A stretch of DNA of 60,723 bases, filler included, from Basidiobolus ranarum (lineage: Eukaryota): NCBI GenBank assembly GCA_040143965.1. It is 12 parts of 12 records of this genome, joined end to end, with 100 filler letters (N's around TTAATTAATTAA, not from the genome) between each part and the next. Parts side by side here need not be neighbours in the genome. Positions count along the whole stretch, not along the records: positions 10,164 to 15,140 come from JASJQH010001759.1; positions 15,241 to 20,215 come from JASJQH010001760.1; positions 20,316 to 25,287 come from JASJQH010001761.1; 9 more parts are not named here. One strand, 5' to 3'. Both the position numbers and the translations under genes were made by a program. Of the stretch, positions 11,473-23,510 are shown one piece after another (position 1 is the first letter of the stretch; the number at the start of each line of letters is the position of its first letter). The notes below the pieces were generated by a model that did no database searches, was not told where the DNA came from, and worked only from the letters and a program-made list of their open reading frames with translations.

Positions 11473-12744
11473 ATGTTGCTTAAAGCATCCATCGTAGGGT
11501 TAGTCTCCATCCCAGCTTTCTTGCTTGTTACAGCTGCTGCTCCAGCTCAACGCTACCATCACAAGAAATGGAACACTTTGGATGGTAAGCCAAGTCTGAT
11601 CTTTGGCCATCGTGGTGACAAGGCTATCATGCCCGAACATACATTAGGGTCCTATCACTTGGCTGCTATTGAAGGGGCGGATTATGTTGAGCCAGACCTT
11701 GCTATTACCAAAGATGGCCATCTGATTTGTAATCACGACCTGCATCTCTCAGCAACTACTGATGTTGCTGAACGTCCTGAGTTTGCCAATAGACAACGCA
11801 ACCTGACAGATATTCTGGACGATGTATTAGTGACTATACCCAATAATTGGTTTATTGAGGATTTTACATTGGCTGAGCTCAAAACTCTACGAGTGAAACA
11901 AGCTAAAGTTGGTGTGCGTCCATTGTACTTTGATCAAACGTTTGAAATGCCAACATTTGAGGAGTATCTTACCCTCGTGCAAGACCTTTCAGTTAGGCTA
12001 AACCGCCCTATTGGTAAGTTTGGTGTTAGTGTTTCAGTGATTATCTAGTTACTCACCTACTTATATAACTCACCTACTTATATAGGTATTGTCCCGGAGC
12101 TTAAACATGCCGCACACAGTAACAAACTACACAGTGATAAGCCACATTACTTTGAGAATTTAGTGTTGGACACATTGGAGCGATTTGGCTATCCCCGTCA
12201 TAGTAGCCAAATCAAGAATGCTACTCATATCACCATTAATGGCAAGCCTCCCATACCCCGTGGTAACGTTATGTTACAAAATTTCGAAGTAGAATCTGCC
12301 AGATATCTTGGAAAAAACTCCGATCATGATGTTCTTATGCTAGTGTTGGCCAATGCTTGGGCATTGACTCCTAAGGGTTTGGATGATATCGCTACCTTTG
12401 CTACCCACGTAGGACCATGGAAAGAATTCTTTATCTCTGATGCCGAATCTGCTTACAAGTTCAAGAACATCAAATTGGATTCAAAGCAAATTCGCAAGCT
12501 TGGAGGATTCATTCCACCACACAGACTTGTTAAAGAAATTCATAAACGTAAATTACGTGCTATTGGATTCACTTTCTATGACAAGCATGAGCCTTCACAG
12601 CTTGGATGTGCGAAAAAGTGTATCGTTGGAACCCGTACTGAAGAGCTTGGCTACTTTTTCAAGCAAGGCATTGACGGTCTCTTTGTTGAGGGAGTTTCAA
12701 ATGCCATTCAAATTCGTAATCAATTTTTCAATATCAAGGTTTAG
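11473..12744 (+). CDS. Secreted glycerophosphodiester phosphodiesterase (GlpQ-like GDPD), join(11473..12013,12086..12744), 399 aa
   Basis: Hydrophobic N-terminus; GHRG..PEHT, GADYVEPDL..TKDG..HD. The 72-nt GTAAGT..TAG intron restores GIVPELKH; C-terminal GIDGLF. Confidence 0.92.
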
Positions 12745-13520
12745 TTACATCTAGAATTATTTATTAAATAGCATCATATTTTGAAAATACCATAAAATAT
12801 GACCCACTTTTAACATGGGTAAAGTTGAAAGTACCATCAGATATCCAAATAGAACTATGGCAGAGTTATGGTAGAGTTATGATGAAACAATAATAATAAA
12901 TGTGCACAAATGAAAAAGGTCTGCGAATGATGATCTTTTCGTTTGAGGCATAAACTTGACCTCAAACTCTGACCTCAACCATGATGAAACTACATCGTGT
13001 TACATCTAGCCAGGTTTCAATGACGTGAAGCTAATCCATTATTTATCACTCTTTATCACTCGATCACTCGAATCATCCACCCAATCTCTGATCAACTGCG
13101 CAGAGTAAGTACATATATGACGTGAGCTTTGTAAGACACCGCTTCTCAGCTACCTTGACAACGAAGTAAGAGACACAAACCACCCTGGTAAGCTAGAGAC
13201 ACAGGGTAAGCATTCCAACTCTAGTCAACTACGATCAGAATTACATCTTGAGCAATTGAGTAAATGGAATGAGCAATCGAGTAAGTGGAGTAATGAAGTA
13301 TAACTTGAAATGAGAATCAATGAGACACGCAGCAAAATTGCGATTGCTGTGGCACCAAGACAAAAAGTTCATTATCGTTTGGGAATGAGCGGAGTCATAG
13401 ACCATTTCATTTATGCCAACTTGATCATGCTTGGGTTTATATTACTTTAATTTACGTTCATCGAGTTTAGTCCATGATCAGGTGAAGTCACCAGAAGCCA
13501 CATTTGGAAGGGGTCTGGGA

Positions 13521-13529
13521 TATATAAAG
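13521..13529 (+). promoter_or_regulatory. TATA box of CCCH zinc-finger gene
   Basis: TATATAAAG about 60 nt upstream of ATG 13589. Confidence 0.5.
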
Positions 13530-13588
13530 CGCTTTCGCCACACTTTGAGGTGTCAAACCGTACTTTATTAATTCCTTGTGAGTGTATC

Positions 13589-14524
13589 ATGGACTCATAT
13601 GCTAAACTTGGATTCCCCATCTTGTATACTCCTACAAAGCTTCTTCCATTGAATATTGAGAGCGAACAGAAATTACCTTACAAATTACCCTGCATATATG
13701 GCGATTTGATGAGTAGCTGGTGGCCAAAGTCGCGTCACGAGAGAAGTCATTCATGCGACAGTTTAGCTAGCTCCAACGACCTTTCAATTCCGAACTCTTC
13801 CGACTCGGAGGATTTAAAATCTTTAACTGCCTTTGAGGGAGAAGATATTTTGTTACCTGATCTATACTCCCTTACAAATCAATTGCCCACCAGTCAAGAA
13901 GGTCTCATAGGTGGTTGCTACAACGATATCTACAGAAATGATGACTTCGAATCCAAAGAAAGAATCAATCTAGATCTCAAGAATAGACGCGATAGAGGCT
14001 CCAAGAAGGGAAGCCTCTACAAGACTGAATTTTGCAGAAGCTACGAGGAGACTGGGTTTTGTAGGTAATTGAGTGGACGTAGGTTCTATTCTCATAAACT
14101 TGTCATCTACTAACTTTCAGTCATTCTTAGATATGGATCGAAATGTCAGTTTGCCCACAGCTCATCAGAGTTGAGAGTTATTAATCGCCACCCAAAGTAC
14201 AAGACCGTGGTCTGTAAAACATTCTGGGAGCAAGGGACATGTCCATACGGAAAAAGGTGCTGCTTCATTCACCACTCAAGAACAAATAACCCGAAGCAAC
14301 CTAACACTTGGGATGAATACGCATTTCAACCAAATTCTCATATCCGTCGCAATTCCACTGACATGCCACTTAATATTGAAGAACCAAGCAGGAGATTGTC
14401 GCAGCCCTCAACACACACCTTCCAGTTACCTACACTGCAACCAAATCGATTTGAGGAAGTCAAATCTAAATGCCCTAGTAAAAGCCCTAGTAAAAGGTTG
14501 CCAATTTTTCAACATATTGGCTAA
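13589..14524 (+). CDS. Tandem CCCH zinc-finger mRNA decay factor (TTP/ZFP36/Cth/Zfs1 family), join(13589..14064,14131..14524), 289 aa
   Basis: LYKTEFC-x8-C-x5-C-x3-H and KYKTVVC-x8-C-x5-C-x3-H; intron 14065-14130 with TACTAAC; C-terminal RLPIF motif. Confidence 0.95.
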
Positions 14525-14727
14525 TATCCGAATCAAAAGTTACATATTGTATCTTTCTGTAATCTCGAACATCTTCACCGCTGTTTGTAACTTAAACATC
14601 TGACTATTTTATCCTGAATGTAGCTAACATCTATTGACAGCTCCTTAATTGTTTATACACATTGTACTATTTTTGCTTTTTGTTGCGCTCAGGCTTATGA
14701 TAGCCTTCAATTTTCGTCCCCAAAACA

Positions 14728-14735
14728 TATTTATT
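14728..14735 (+). promoter_or_regulatory. Candidate AU-rich element (UAUUUAUU) in putative 3' UTR
   Basis: TATTTATT about 200 nt after the stop of the TTP-family gene. Confidence 0.35.
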
Positions 14736-15140
14736 TGAGTATCTTTGCATGTGTATATTTGCATGTACCCCATCGAAAACATAATCTAACGTTTGCAATA
14801 TATAAACACAATATATACATACAACCTACACATTTCTATTGAAGCCTATGTGAAATTTAGGCCAGATGCTCTTAGGGTTAGGCTTTTAGTAGCTTTATTG
14901 GGCATCACTTATATGAAGTGTACATTATTATAATTAAGGAGGTTGCAAAGTGGGAGAAATATCAAATCATGAAATTTAAGTAAAGCTGACCATTGTATGG
15001 AAGGTAAAGATCAGTATGTAAAGCCAATATACCTCTGAAGAAATCTTACAAACAATTATTAACAGAAACTTGAACATGAAAAACATCCCAATTTTAAGCC
15101 TTTTTCAGTCATTATACTATCTATTTTGAATCAGATTTCA

Positions 15141-15240
15141 NNNNNNNNNNNNNNNNNNNNNNNNNNNNNNNNNNNNNNNNNNNNTTAATTAATTAANNNN
15201 NNNNNNNNNNNNNNNNNNNNNNNNNNNNNNNNNNNNNNNN
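15141..15240. other. Artificial contig linker
   Basis: N44-TTAATTAATTAA-N44. Confidence 0.99.
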
Positions 15241-15748
15241 ACACAAACACCACAAAGCACCCTCAGTAGTGTCACACTCTCAGGATGTACAAAAATAGTC
15301 AAAGTGTTTGAGGAATATTTTCAAAAGCATGAAGGAATAAACACTGTGCCAGTATGCAGAAAGTGGCTTCAGAAGAAGAGCATTCAACTTGATATTCAGT
15401 CTGGTGGGTATGAGCTAAAACTTGGGTATGAAGAACTCTATAAAATATATAGGAGAATATATCAAAGTGACTAGGGATTTCAAAGGTGACAAAGTAGCAT
15501 CCAGGTGGTAGTTGTGTAATATTAGAGTTATGTTTTTCACACATATGTTGATCCATAGTTCTCTGAGATTGTTCCAATCATGTGTCACTATTTTGTGAGA
15601 TCTTGAAATTTAACTCCTGAAACTGAAAAAATTGATGAAAATCAAATGTAACTTGAAGCATTTATGATGGTAAGTAAATGGACAATCCCAAATGGATTAT
15701 AATTGTGATAGTTTTCCTACAATAACAATCCTCAAATCTCTGTTAGGG
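15241..15748 (+). repeat. Unclassified repeat family A, partial copy with internal deletion
   Basis: Aligns by eye to about 51845-52490 (+) and 19090-19740 (-). Confidence 0.85.
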
Positions 15749-16261
15749 TTACTGTGCTAGTGATTATTTTCTCTATGAAGTCTCTGGCTCTCATAGTACA
15801 AGAATCTGCAACAATAATAGCAGTCCTTCTTTAAGTGTTTGTGCTGTGGCATGAGAAGGATATTGTAGACAAAAGAATACCTCCTATATAAGGGTGGTAT
15901 TTTAGGTACATCCCATTGATATCATCAGCTACTTTGAGATAGTGTCACAGAAGGGTCATCAGGTAATTTACAAGATCTTTCTGGTAATGGATGGCAATTT
16001 GGTTTATTATTAGCTTTTTCTAAGCAATTTCATTGTATCAAGTTTACCATCTAAAAACTTCAATGCCATTGAAAAAGCATTCAAAATATAAATCAAAATT
16101 GGCTTCCAAGCCAAAGCCTGCTGCCACAAAAGGAAAAAAACAAGCAAGACCAGAGGACTTATTTAATGAGCAGTCTAGCAATTCACTATCCACTTTGGAA
16201 GAAATTTAGATGCCAGAAACTAACTCAAGTAATGATGAAGCATTAATCAATATGTCACAGT

Positions 16262-16769
16262 GAGATGACATTTATAGTTTTGTCAAGATGCAAACAAACT
16301 CAAGTGTAGAATATGTCAAGGAAGGTCCCAGGAACATGTGGGAAAAGTTTGGGGCTTCTAACATAAGTAATAAAAATCTGTTTATCTGAGAACTTCTAAC
16401 TTGTTAAGAATATTCAAGCAAATTCCAGTTGAAAATAATGGACAACAGCTTTGCAAACTTTAGCATAACTAAGTACCAAGCTACTTATGTATATATTGCT
16501 TAGGCATTGCTACTTTCAACATTGTCAAGATGTAAACAAACTAATATATAGAATGTATTAAGGAAAGTTGCAGGAGCATGTTTGCATTGTTTGGGATTGC
16601 TAGCTCAAGTTTTGAAAATCTATATATCTGAGAACTATGGGGTTGGTATAGTATTCCTAGCAGATTCCAATTGAGAATAATTACTAATATCATGGTGAGA
16701 TATGACATAGCTGAGTACTAAGCTATATATATATGAATATACAGGTGTTAGGCAAATCTAATTTCAACA
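16262..16769 (-). repeat. Two abutting/nested Copia family-B LTR segments (starts at 16769 and 16521)
   Basis: Each begins TGTTGAA on the minus strand and contains a copy of the family core (AAACTTTGCACACATGTTCCTGGGACCTTCCTT-like); the first directly follows the pol stop and a purine tract. Confidence 0.8.
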
Positions 16770-18235
16770 CACTCTCACAACCTAACAGTCAAATAAACTA
16801 ATCTTAAGGAAGATTTAAATTTCTCAAATTTCTGTCTAGCTAATGGCTTGGGCAATACATGAGCAATCATGTCTTTTGTAGAACAATAAGTCAAGTCAAT
16901 AAACCCATTTTCCATAGTCATTCTAATGAAGTGATGCCTAATATCGATATGTTTGCTTCTCTTATAAAACATTCAAGTTTTTGCTAATTACATTCAACTT
17001 TGCTTATCTTGAAATATTGTAATTGGCAAGTTATGAGAATAGCCTAAACTGTTTAGAGTTTTCTTCACCATATTGCTTCTTTTGTTGCTTTACAGGCAGC
17101 CATGTATTCTGCTTGCGTTGTTGAAAGTACTACAGTAGGTTGTTTCTTTGAATTCCAAGAAATGGCTCTATTACAGCAAGGAAGTATAAATCCTATTGTA
17201 GATTGCAGGTCTTCAATTTCTCTTCCCCAATTTGCATCTAAATATCCCATCCGTTCAAAGTTTGATGCAGACTGTGCATATTTTAAGCACAGATTCACAG
17301 TGCCTTTCAAATATCTGAAAATCCAGTTAACTACTTCAGTTTGATCAGATCCATAATTTTGAAGATATTGGCATATTACTCCCACAGAATACAGTGTATC
17401 TGGCTGTGTTCTAACCATGATATATATCAAAATACCAACCATAAATTGATCAGGAAATTTCTGGCTTTCATTTGAATAAATGAAAATCTGATTTAAGCAT
17501 TTTTGGTCAAGTTCAGACTTATCTCCATTGAGGTAGATGCTAAATAACATTCTTCCATTTTAGACTTCTTTAGTATATCTGGGATATGCTTAGACCAGTT
17601 TAAAATTATTTTCTTGGTAGCTCTATTTATCTTGATTTGGATTTCGAGATAGTATGACAGTTCACCAAGAGCAATCATTGTGAATTTAGCAGATAAGCTG
17701 GATTTGGTTCTCTCAATAGTTTTTAAGTCATTGATTGCTATAATAAGATCATCTGCATATAGGGCTAATAAAACCAGGTTTGTTTTATTGGGCCTGAAGT
17801 AGATACAATAGCCAGCATTACTCTTTTGGATTTGAGTGTGTCCTAAAAGCATCCTCTTGATATTCAAAGCAGTTTTAACATCCATTTGATACAGAATAAA
17901 GTATTATTTAGCTGAATTTGCCAAACTCTCTCTAATTCAATTAAACTTTGCTACAGGAGCAAAAGTTTCTGTGTAATCTATTCCTGGCATGTGGGGACAG
18001 CCTTTGGACTTGTTACATTGTGCCAGGATTTTTTGGACCTTGGATCAATCTATTAGAGTAAATGCAACGGAGATTGATCATGCTAGAGTGTGCTGAATAG
18101 TGCCAAATTGTGCTGCATAATTTTTAGAATACTGTATCTATTATTATATATACAGCACAATCTGGCATTATTATAGAGAACAAGCCCTTTGGCTACCAGT
18201 GTAGCCTTGCACCTTTCTATATTGCCATTGGAGTT
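16770..18235 (-). mobile_element. Degenerate Ty1/Copia RT-RNase H (family B)
   Basis: LVAKG..PGIDYTETFAPV, QMDVKTA, LYADDLII, ISWNSKKQPTVVLSTTQAEY, KRSKHIDIRHHF; stops, frameshifts and deletions. Confidence 0.93.
18006..18187. mobile_element. 182-bp MITE with 10-bp TIR and 3-bp TSD (TTT)
   Basis: GGACTTGTTA...GAACAAGCCC flanked by TTT/TTT. Removing it plus one TTT restores the RT frame KATLVAKGCPHMPGIDY. Homologous to 30690-30871. Confidence 0.88.
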
Positions 18236-18407
18236 GCATTTAAATTAAAACATATCACAATAAGAAAATTAACAAGCACCAGAAACAACAACAAGAGGCT
18301 AGAAAGCAGGAGAGTACTTGGGTGTAGACCACAAGGAAAGAAAGACAAGACTGGCAGGAAAAAAACTCTGGCACAAATCTTTATTGCTTACTGCCATTGA
18401 GCAGACT

Positions 18408-20215
18408 AAATTTTTGCAAAAAACTAATTTTCAAATGGCAAATTACTTGGTTTAATGCTCTAGGAGTTAGAATAATATGCATGCCTTTGTTTAGATACTT
18501 TGGGCTTTACGTTCCAGCCATAATGAGGATCAAAAAATACTAGAGTTTTGTTGTGTTTAGTCTCTACATATGCACATACTCAACTGATCAGTCATTTCTC
18601 AACAACATTAATATGCTTTACCAGCAAACTAATGGTGGAAAAATTGCTAAACATCTGAAATTCTGAATAGCATTGACGTTTGGCAAATTGCTGACTATTG
18701 TTACCATTTACGGAGAGAATAAGCTCTTGGATTTTGGCAAATTTTTGCAAAAAATTCAGCCAAAATATCCCCAACTTGCAGTCAACAAATGTTCTGCCAC
18801 AAGTACATGTGTCTTTGCTTCAAAAGATTACCCAAAGGCTAAAACAAAAATACTGTGTATCTTCATCTATGTCACCAAGAAGTCTGTTGTGTAGCTTTCC
18901 TAAGATACCTTCAGATTATCATGCAAACAAATTAGTCCAAATTACAAAGGGACTTATTGTGAGTCCTTGGATTTGGTTTATTGCTGTTATTGTGCTCAAA
19001 CAATGCAAAAACCCATGAGCACATGGAAAAGAGCTCTTTGTTGAAAGGTTAATATACTATGGAATCTCCTTAACTTATTGTATTACTCTGAAGAAATTTG
19101 CGGATTGTTATTATTGGGAAACCATCACAGTTTTGATCCATTTTGAGTTCTCCATTAACTTGTCATCATAAAATTGTTAAGTTACAATTGCTTTTAATCA
19201 ATTTCAGTTTCAGGAGTAAAATTTTAAGATCTAGCAAAATAGTTGCACATGATTAGCTACAATCTCAGAGTACTATGGATCAATACATGTGCAAGAAATG
19301 TAACTCATATTTTAAATATTTACCACTTGAATGCTAATTTGTCACCTTCAAAATCCCTAGTTTGTTTGATATATTCTCCTGAATATTTTTATATAGTTCT
19401 TCATACCTAAGGTTTTGCTCATATCCAAGACAAGTTTGTGTCAATATCTCCATCAAAGCCCACCATTGTATTAACATTGCTGAATCAACATTCTTCCAGC
19501 TATCTGATGGATACCCTGCAATATAGTGTCACTCTGTATTAACTTCTTCCCTGATATCAGCATGGTCAAAACCAAACTGAATGTCATGATGAATGTGCTT
19601 CTTCTGAAGCCACATTCTGCATACTTGCAATGCATTTTTCCCTTCATAATTTTAAAAATACTCCTCAAGCACTTTGACTATTTTTATATATCTTTGTAGT
19701 GCAACACTACTGAGGGTACTTTGTGGTGTTTGTGTGGCTTTTGCTTGCCTTTAACTTTGGGGCTAATTTCAACACCTTGCAAAATACCAGTTAAAGTTGG
19801 AGAGCCATGTATTTTATTTGCTGGTGTTTTGGCTTGTTGAGAGGTGCAGGTGTTGGATAAACTTCTGAATTTGGCACTCTTCCAACTGGTGTACTTTGTT
19901 ACATAGTGAACTTAAGCTTTTTTGCCAGTATATCTGACTCTGGAAATGCAGATCTTTGTAATGGTGTGAAGAATTTGGTAAGTGAGACAGTAGAGCCTAA
20001 ACTCACTGGCTCCTTTGCTTTTCCCTTGGGTTTACTAACTTCCTGCTCCTTCCGTACTTCTTTAGCTGCTTTTCTTTCTTTTCCAAGTTGATAATTGCAT
20101 ACATTTTTGAGATGTTTCATGAATAGGCCTATACTAGCCCAATTGCCATTTGCTTGCAAAAACCCTGGATAAGCCACATGAAATAAGTCAAGAACCTTCA
20201 GAGTAACGCCTGGTT
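18408..20215 (-). repeat. Unclassified repeat family A copy (two convergent decayed ORFs)
   Basis: Collinear reverse-complement match to about 51360-53184, e.g. AYPGFL.A.GNWASIG.F..HLKN.CNYQLGKERKAAKE. Confidence 0.88.
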
Positions 20216-20315
20216 NNNNNNNNNNNNNNNNNNNNNNNNNNNNNNNNNNNNNNNNNNNNTTAATTAATTAANNNNNNNNNNNNNNNNNNNNNNNNNNNNN
20301 NNNNNNNNNNNNNNN
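20216..20315. other. Artificial contig linker
   Basis: N44-TTAATTAATTAA-N44. Confidence 0.99.
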
Positions 20316-20393
20316 AATAAAATTTTCTACGAAACTTTTGTATCGATGATAGGTGTCACCTGGACAATTCATGATCCATTTACCTCGTGGCAC

Positions 20394-21663
20394 CTAGCAT
20401 CCCCATAGCACCCCCGTTTCGGTAAGCCCGAAGAGTTTATTTTTCTGACCGTATATAACCTGGAAGGCGGTTGGCGCCTTTTGAGGCCAATCTGAGATCC
20501 ACTCGTGTACCTCTGGATGATCTTGTCTAAGCTTGTATTTCTTGGTCAACTGCAGACACCACAATTCACCACGTAAAGTCAACCCAAATAAACATTCATT
20601 ACAGACTGTAAGGCATTTGAATCGCTGTGGTGGCTTCTTAGGGAAATTCTTCAACCATTGTCCAGACTCTAGTCCCAAAAGCCATAATTGATAACGCTCA
20701 GTTAAGATCCACAAATTTTCTCCCCAATTGACCAACATCGGTAGTCGGCTGTTTCGTGAACGAATTAAATCATTGCCTATTATCTGGTCAAAATGAGAGA
20801 ATAACTTACGGTGCGAATACATGTTTACTTTGCCCAGATCCAATCTTGGGGAGTGCTTTGTGCTTAGGACGCTTGCTAAAAAAGGTTACATTCAGAAGAA
20901 AATGGTTAAATTAAACAAGTGTATTAATCCATTCAAGTAGCTTTTTACCATACTTGTGAGTTATTGCATTGTGATCGATTATTCCTTTCTTGACAGCCTT
21001 GAAGACCATTTTGAAAGGCTTAGCGATACCTTTTTTCCATTTCTTCATTGAAGGTGGGGAACCAAATCTATAATATGCCGCTAAATCAGTAGGTGCATGA
21101 ACGGAAACGCAATCGAACTCCACTTCGGAGCCTAAATATTCTTCTTCTTCTTCAGCGGCTTGTGCTTTGATCTTTCGATTCTTTGGTAAGGGCTTTTTAA
21201 AAGCTTTGATCCAACTCAAAAGTTCCTCTTTAGTATTAGTATGGAACTGAAAAATACGACCGTCCACCTCTACGCGGAAACCATATTTTCCTCCTTCGTT
21301 AACATTTTCGGGAGAAATTCTTGATATGGAGGAACAATTTAAAATCACTGGCTCCCGTAAGTCCGAAACACTATCACAAATAAACATGGTTCGTGAACCT
21401 GCCTCAAACGCCTGATAGAAGCGGTATAACTGATCGAAGTTTCCTGACAAAGTATCAATACCGTGTCGTCGGAGTACTTGCTTGACTTCGGCCATTGTAG
21501 AGAAGCGTTCGTAAAGGACCAGATAATACTCATCGTCGCCTCTTCTAACCTGACCCTCGTTTAGAATAAACGTCTTAACAGAATCGAAATGAATTGAGGA
21601 ATTGCTATTAAGAAGGGTATTTAACTGTAGCGAAGAGCTACTTAATTTTACTTGAAGACTCAT
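20394..21663 (-). CDS. PH-like domain protein with C-terminal Trp-rich beta-propeller-like repeats; join(20949..21663,20394..20875); frame may continue past TAG
   Basis: FRVEVDGRIFQFHTNTKEELLSWIKAF is a PH C-terminal strand/helix pattern. A phase-1 73-nt GT-AG intron joins the two ORFs. Three repeats L(W/F).LT..G.LW....G.W...P. Confidence 0.7.
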
Positions 21664-22164
21664 TTGACTTAATAAATGTTCATTGAACCTCTATAGACGG
21701 AAAGAAAAAGGGAAGAGAAACTGAAATAATGAAAGGTGACTTGAAGAGGTAAAAGTACTTGACCATTCTTTTACTACGGTACTTGTCATTGACTATATGT
21801 GAAGTGAGTAAACGCTCCGGTCAGTCTTCCTTGAATGCATATACATACGTATATTTCCTTACTACGCTTATTGTTCTATTTCATTCTCAAGGAAAATTAT
21901 AAAGTCGAATAATATTCTTCTCTAGTGATGATTACTGTGTGATACTGCATATAGCAACCGGAATATGCATACTTCTATTTGTAAAAAAGCTAATCACAAA
22001 CTACCGTTCCCCAAACGTCGAGATTATTGGTCAAGTAATAAATTCGTATGGTGGCGTGATTACTAATTAGTGACCATCACGTGACTCGTGAAGTAAGCAA
22101 ATAAAAAAGAGTAATGTGGCGCGAAGTTTGGCAAGGTCTACCAACTTTACTGAATCCACCATTA

Positions 22165-23096
22165 ATGACTCCACAATATCGCATTTTGTACTTCCCTATA
22201 AGGTAAGGCATCTCGTTTACCACGAATATGCCAGCTTCTACTAATCCTCGGTCGCCTGGTTACTTTACTCGGCGCACTTATCTGATAGAGGTCTTGCCGA
22301 AGAGCTTCGTCTTTTCCTTGAAGAGAAAGATATCCCATATACCGATGAGAGTTTTGAAGATTGGGCTAGTGTAAAGCCCACTTTGACTCCTCTCGAGCAA
22401 GTTCCTATTGTATGGGATGGCGATATCAAAATGCGTCAAAGTAAAGCTATTTTGAGATACATGGCGCGCAAACACGGTAACTAACCATAGAATCTATTAG
22501 ATGTTTCGGCCATTTGATTGACTTGTTTTCTATTGCAGACGGTGAGGGTAGAAATGACCTTGAGATTCTCCAAGCTGATGTAGTTGCCGAAACAACCGTG
22601 AGTATTCTCATACAGATGTTGGGTCCATGTTCTTACTTAAACAATACTGTGTGGTGCAATTCATTAGTGCGATTGGCGCCGTAAATTCGGATTTTTGTCC
22701 TACAACCCGGATTTTGTAAGTGTCTTCATATCTACTTTGATATATTCCTTGGTCATTGGTTTAACAACAATACTTTAGGAAAATCTCAAGGATGCTTACA
22801 TCAAAGAGACCATTCCATTCTATTTGAAGGCCTTTGAGTTCTTCTTGGAAGAAAATGGTGATACCGGATATTTTGCCGGCCGCGATCTTACTTACGCTGA
22901 TATTTGCGTATTTGACATGGTCGATAACAATCTTCTTTTGGATGCCGGTTCTTTATCAGAGAGTCAATATCCTAAACTCTACAAGTTCTATCACGATTTC
23001 AAGGCACGTCCTCGTATTGCCGCCTACTTGGCGAGTGAAAGAAGATTGAAGTATACTAATGGTAACATTGCTTACTTCAATGCTTTGTCTATTTAA
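22165..23096 (+). CDS. Glutathione S-transferase, Tyr-type (Pi/Mu-like); join(22165..22202,22289..22476,22539..22597,22668..22715,22779..23096), 216 aa
   Basis: Four GT-AG introns give MTPQYRILYFPIRGLAEELR...EQVP...RQSKAILRY...YNPDFENLK...GRDLTYAD...RPRIAAYL..NGN. Confidence 0.93.
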
Positions 23097-23510
23097 GATT
23101 TGGATGTACTCCTTAATTCCAGTGTTATTATTACCCGGAAATAAATTTTGTGTCAAGCTTTACGCATTGTACAAGTAATGATGCCGGTTCTATCCTAAAC
23201 AAACTTCGAAATCAAGACATAATTGGTGTAAATAGCGAGTAATTTATAATCGCTAATGCTTTGAACTGACATTTACTGAGATTGATATAAAAAGATTCCA
23301 ACATGATGGTGTTGACCTTGGCAAGATGTCAACCAGAAAAAATACATGATCAGAATATGGGGATATTTGTGCCTGAGTGAAGGGTTTATGTAGATCAAGT
23401 CGTGCTTTGATGAATAAACATATCACAACGTATTATTTTTACATTATGTTAACTGCTATTGTCGCTGATTGATTCTAATCGGAATGGTCATTCCCTTAAA
23501 ATCAAGATGC

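Noticed and set aside
51..20396. Genome-wide TAG reassignment
   Set aside because: TAG terminates the CBM19, small secreted and GDPD genes at plausible ends, and both internal TAGs are within about 80 nt of contig ends.
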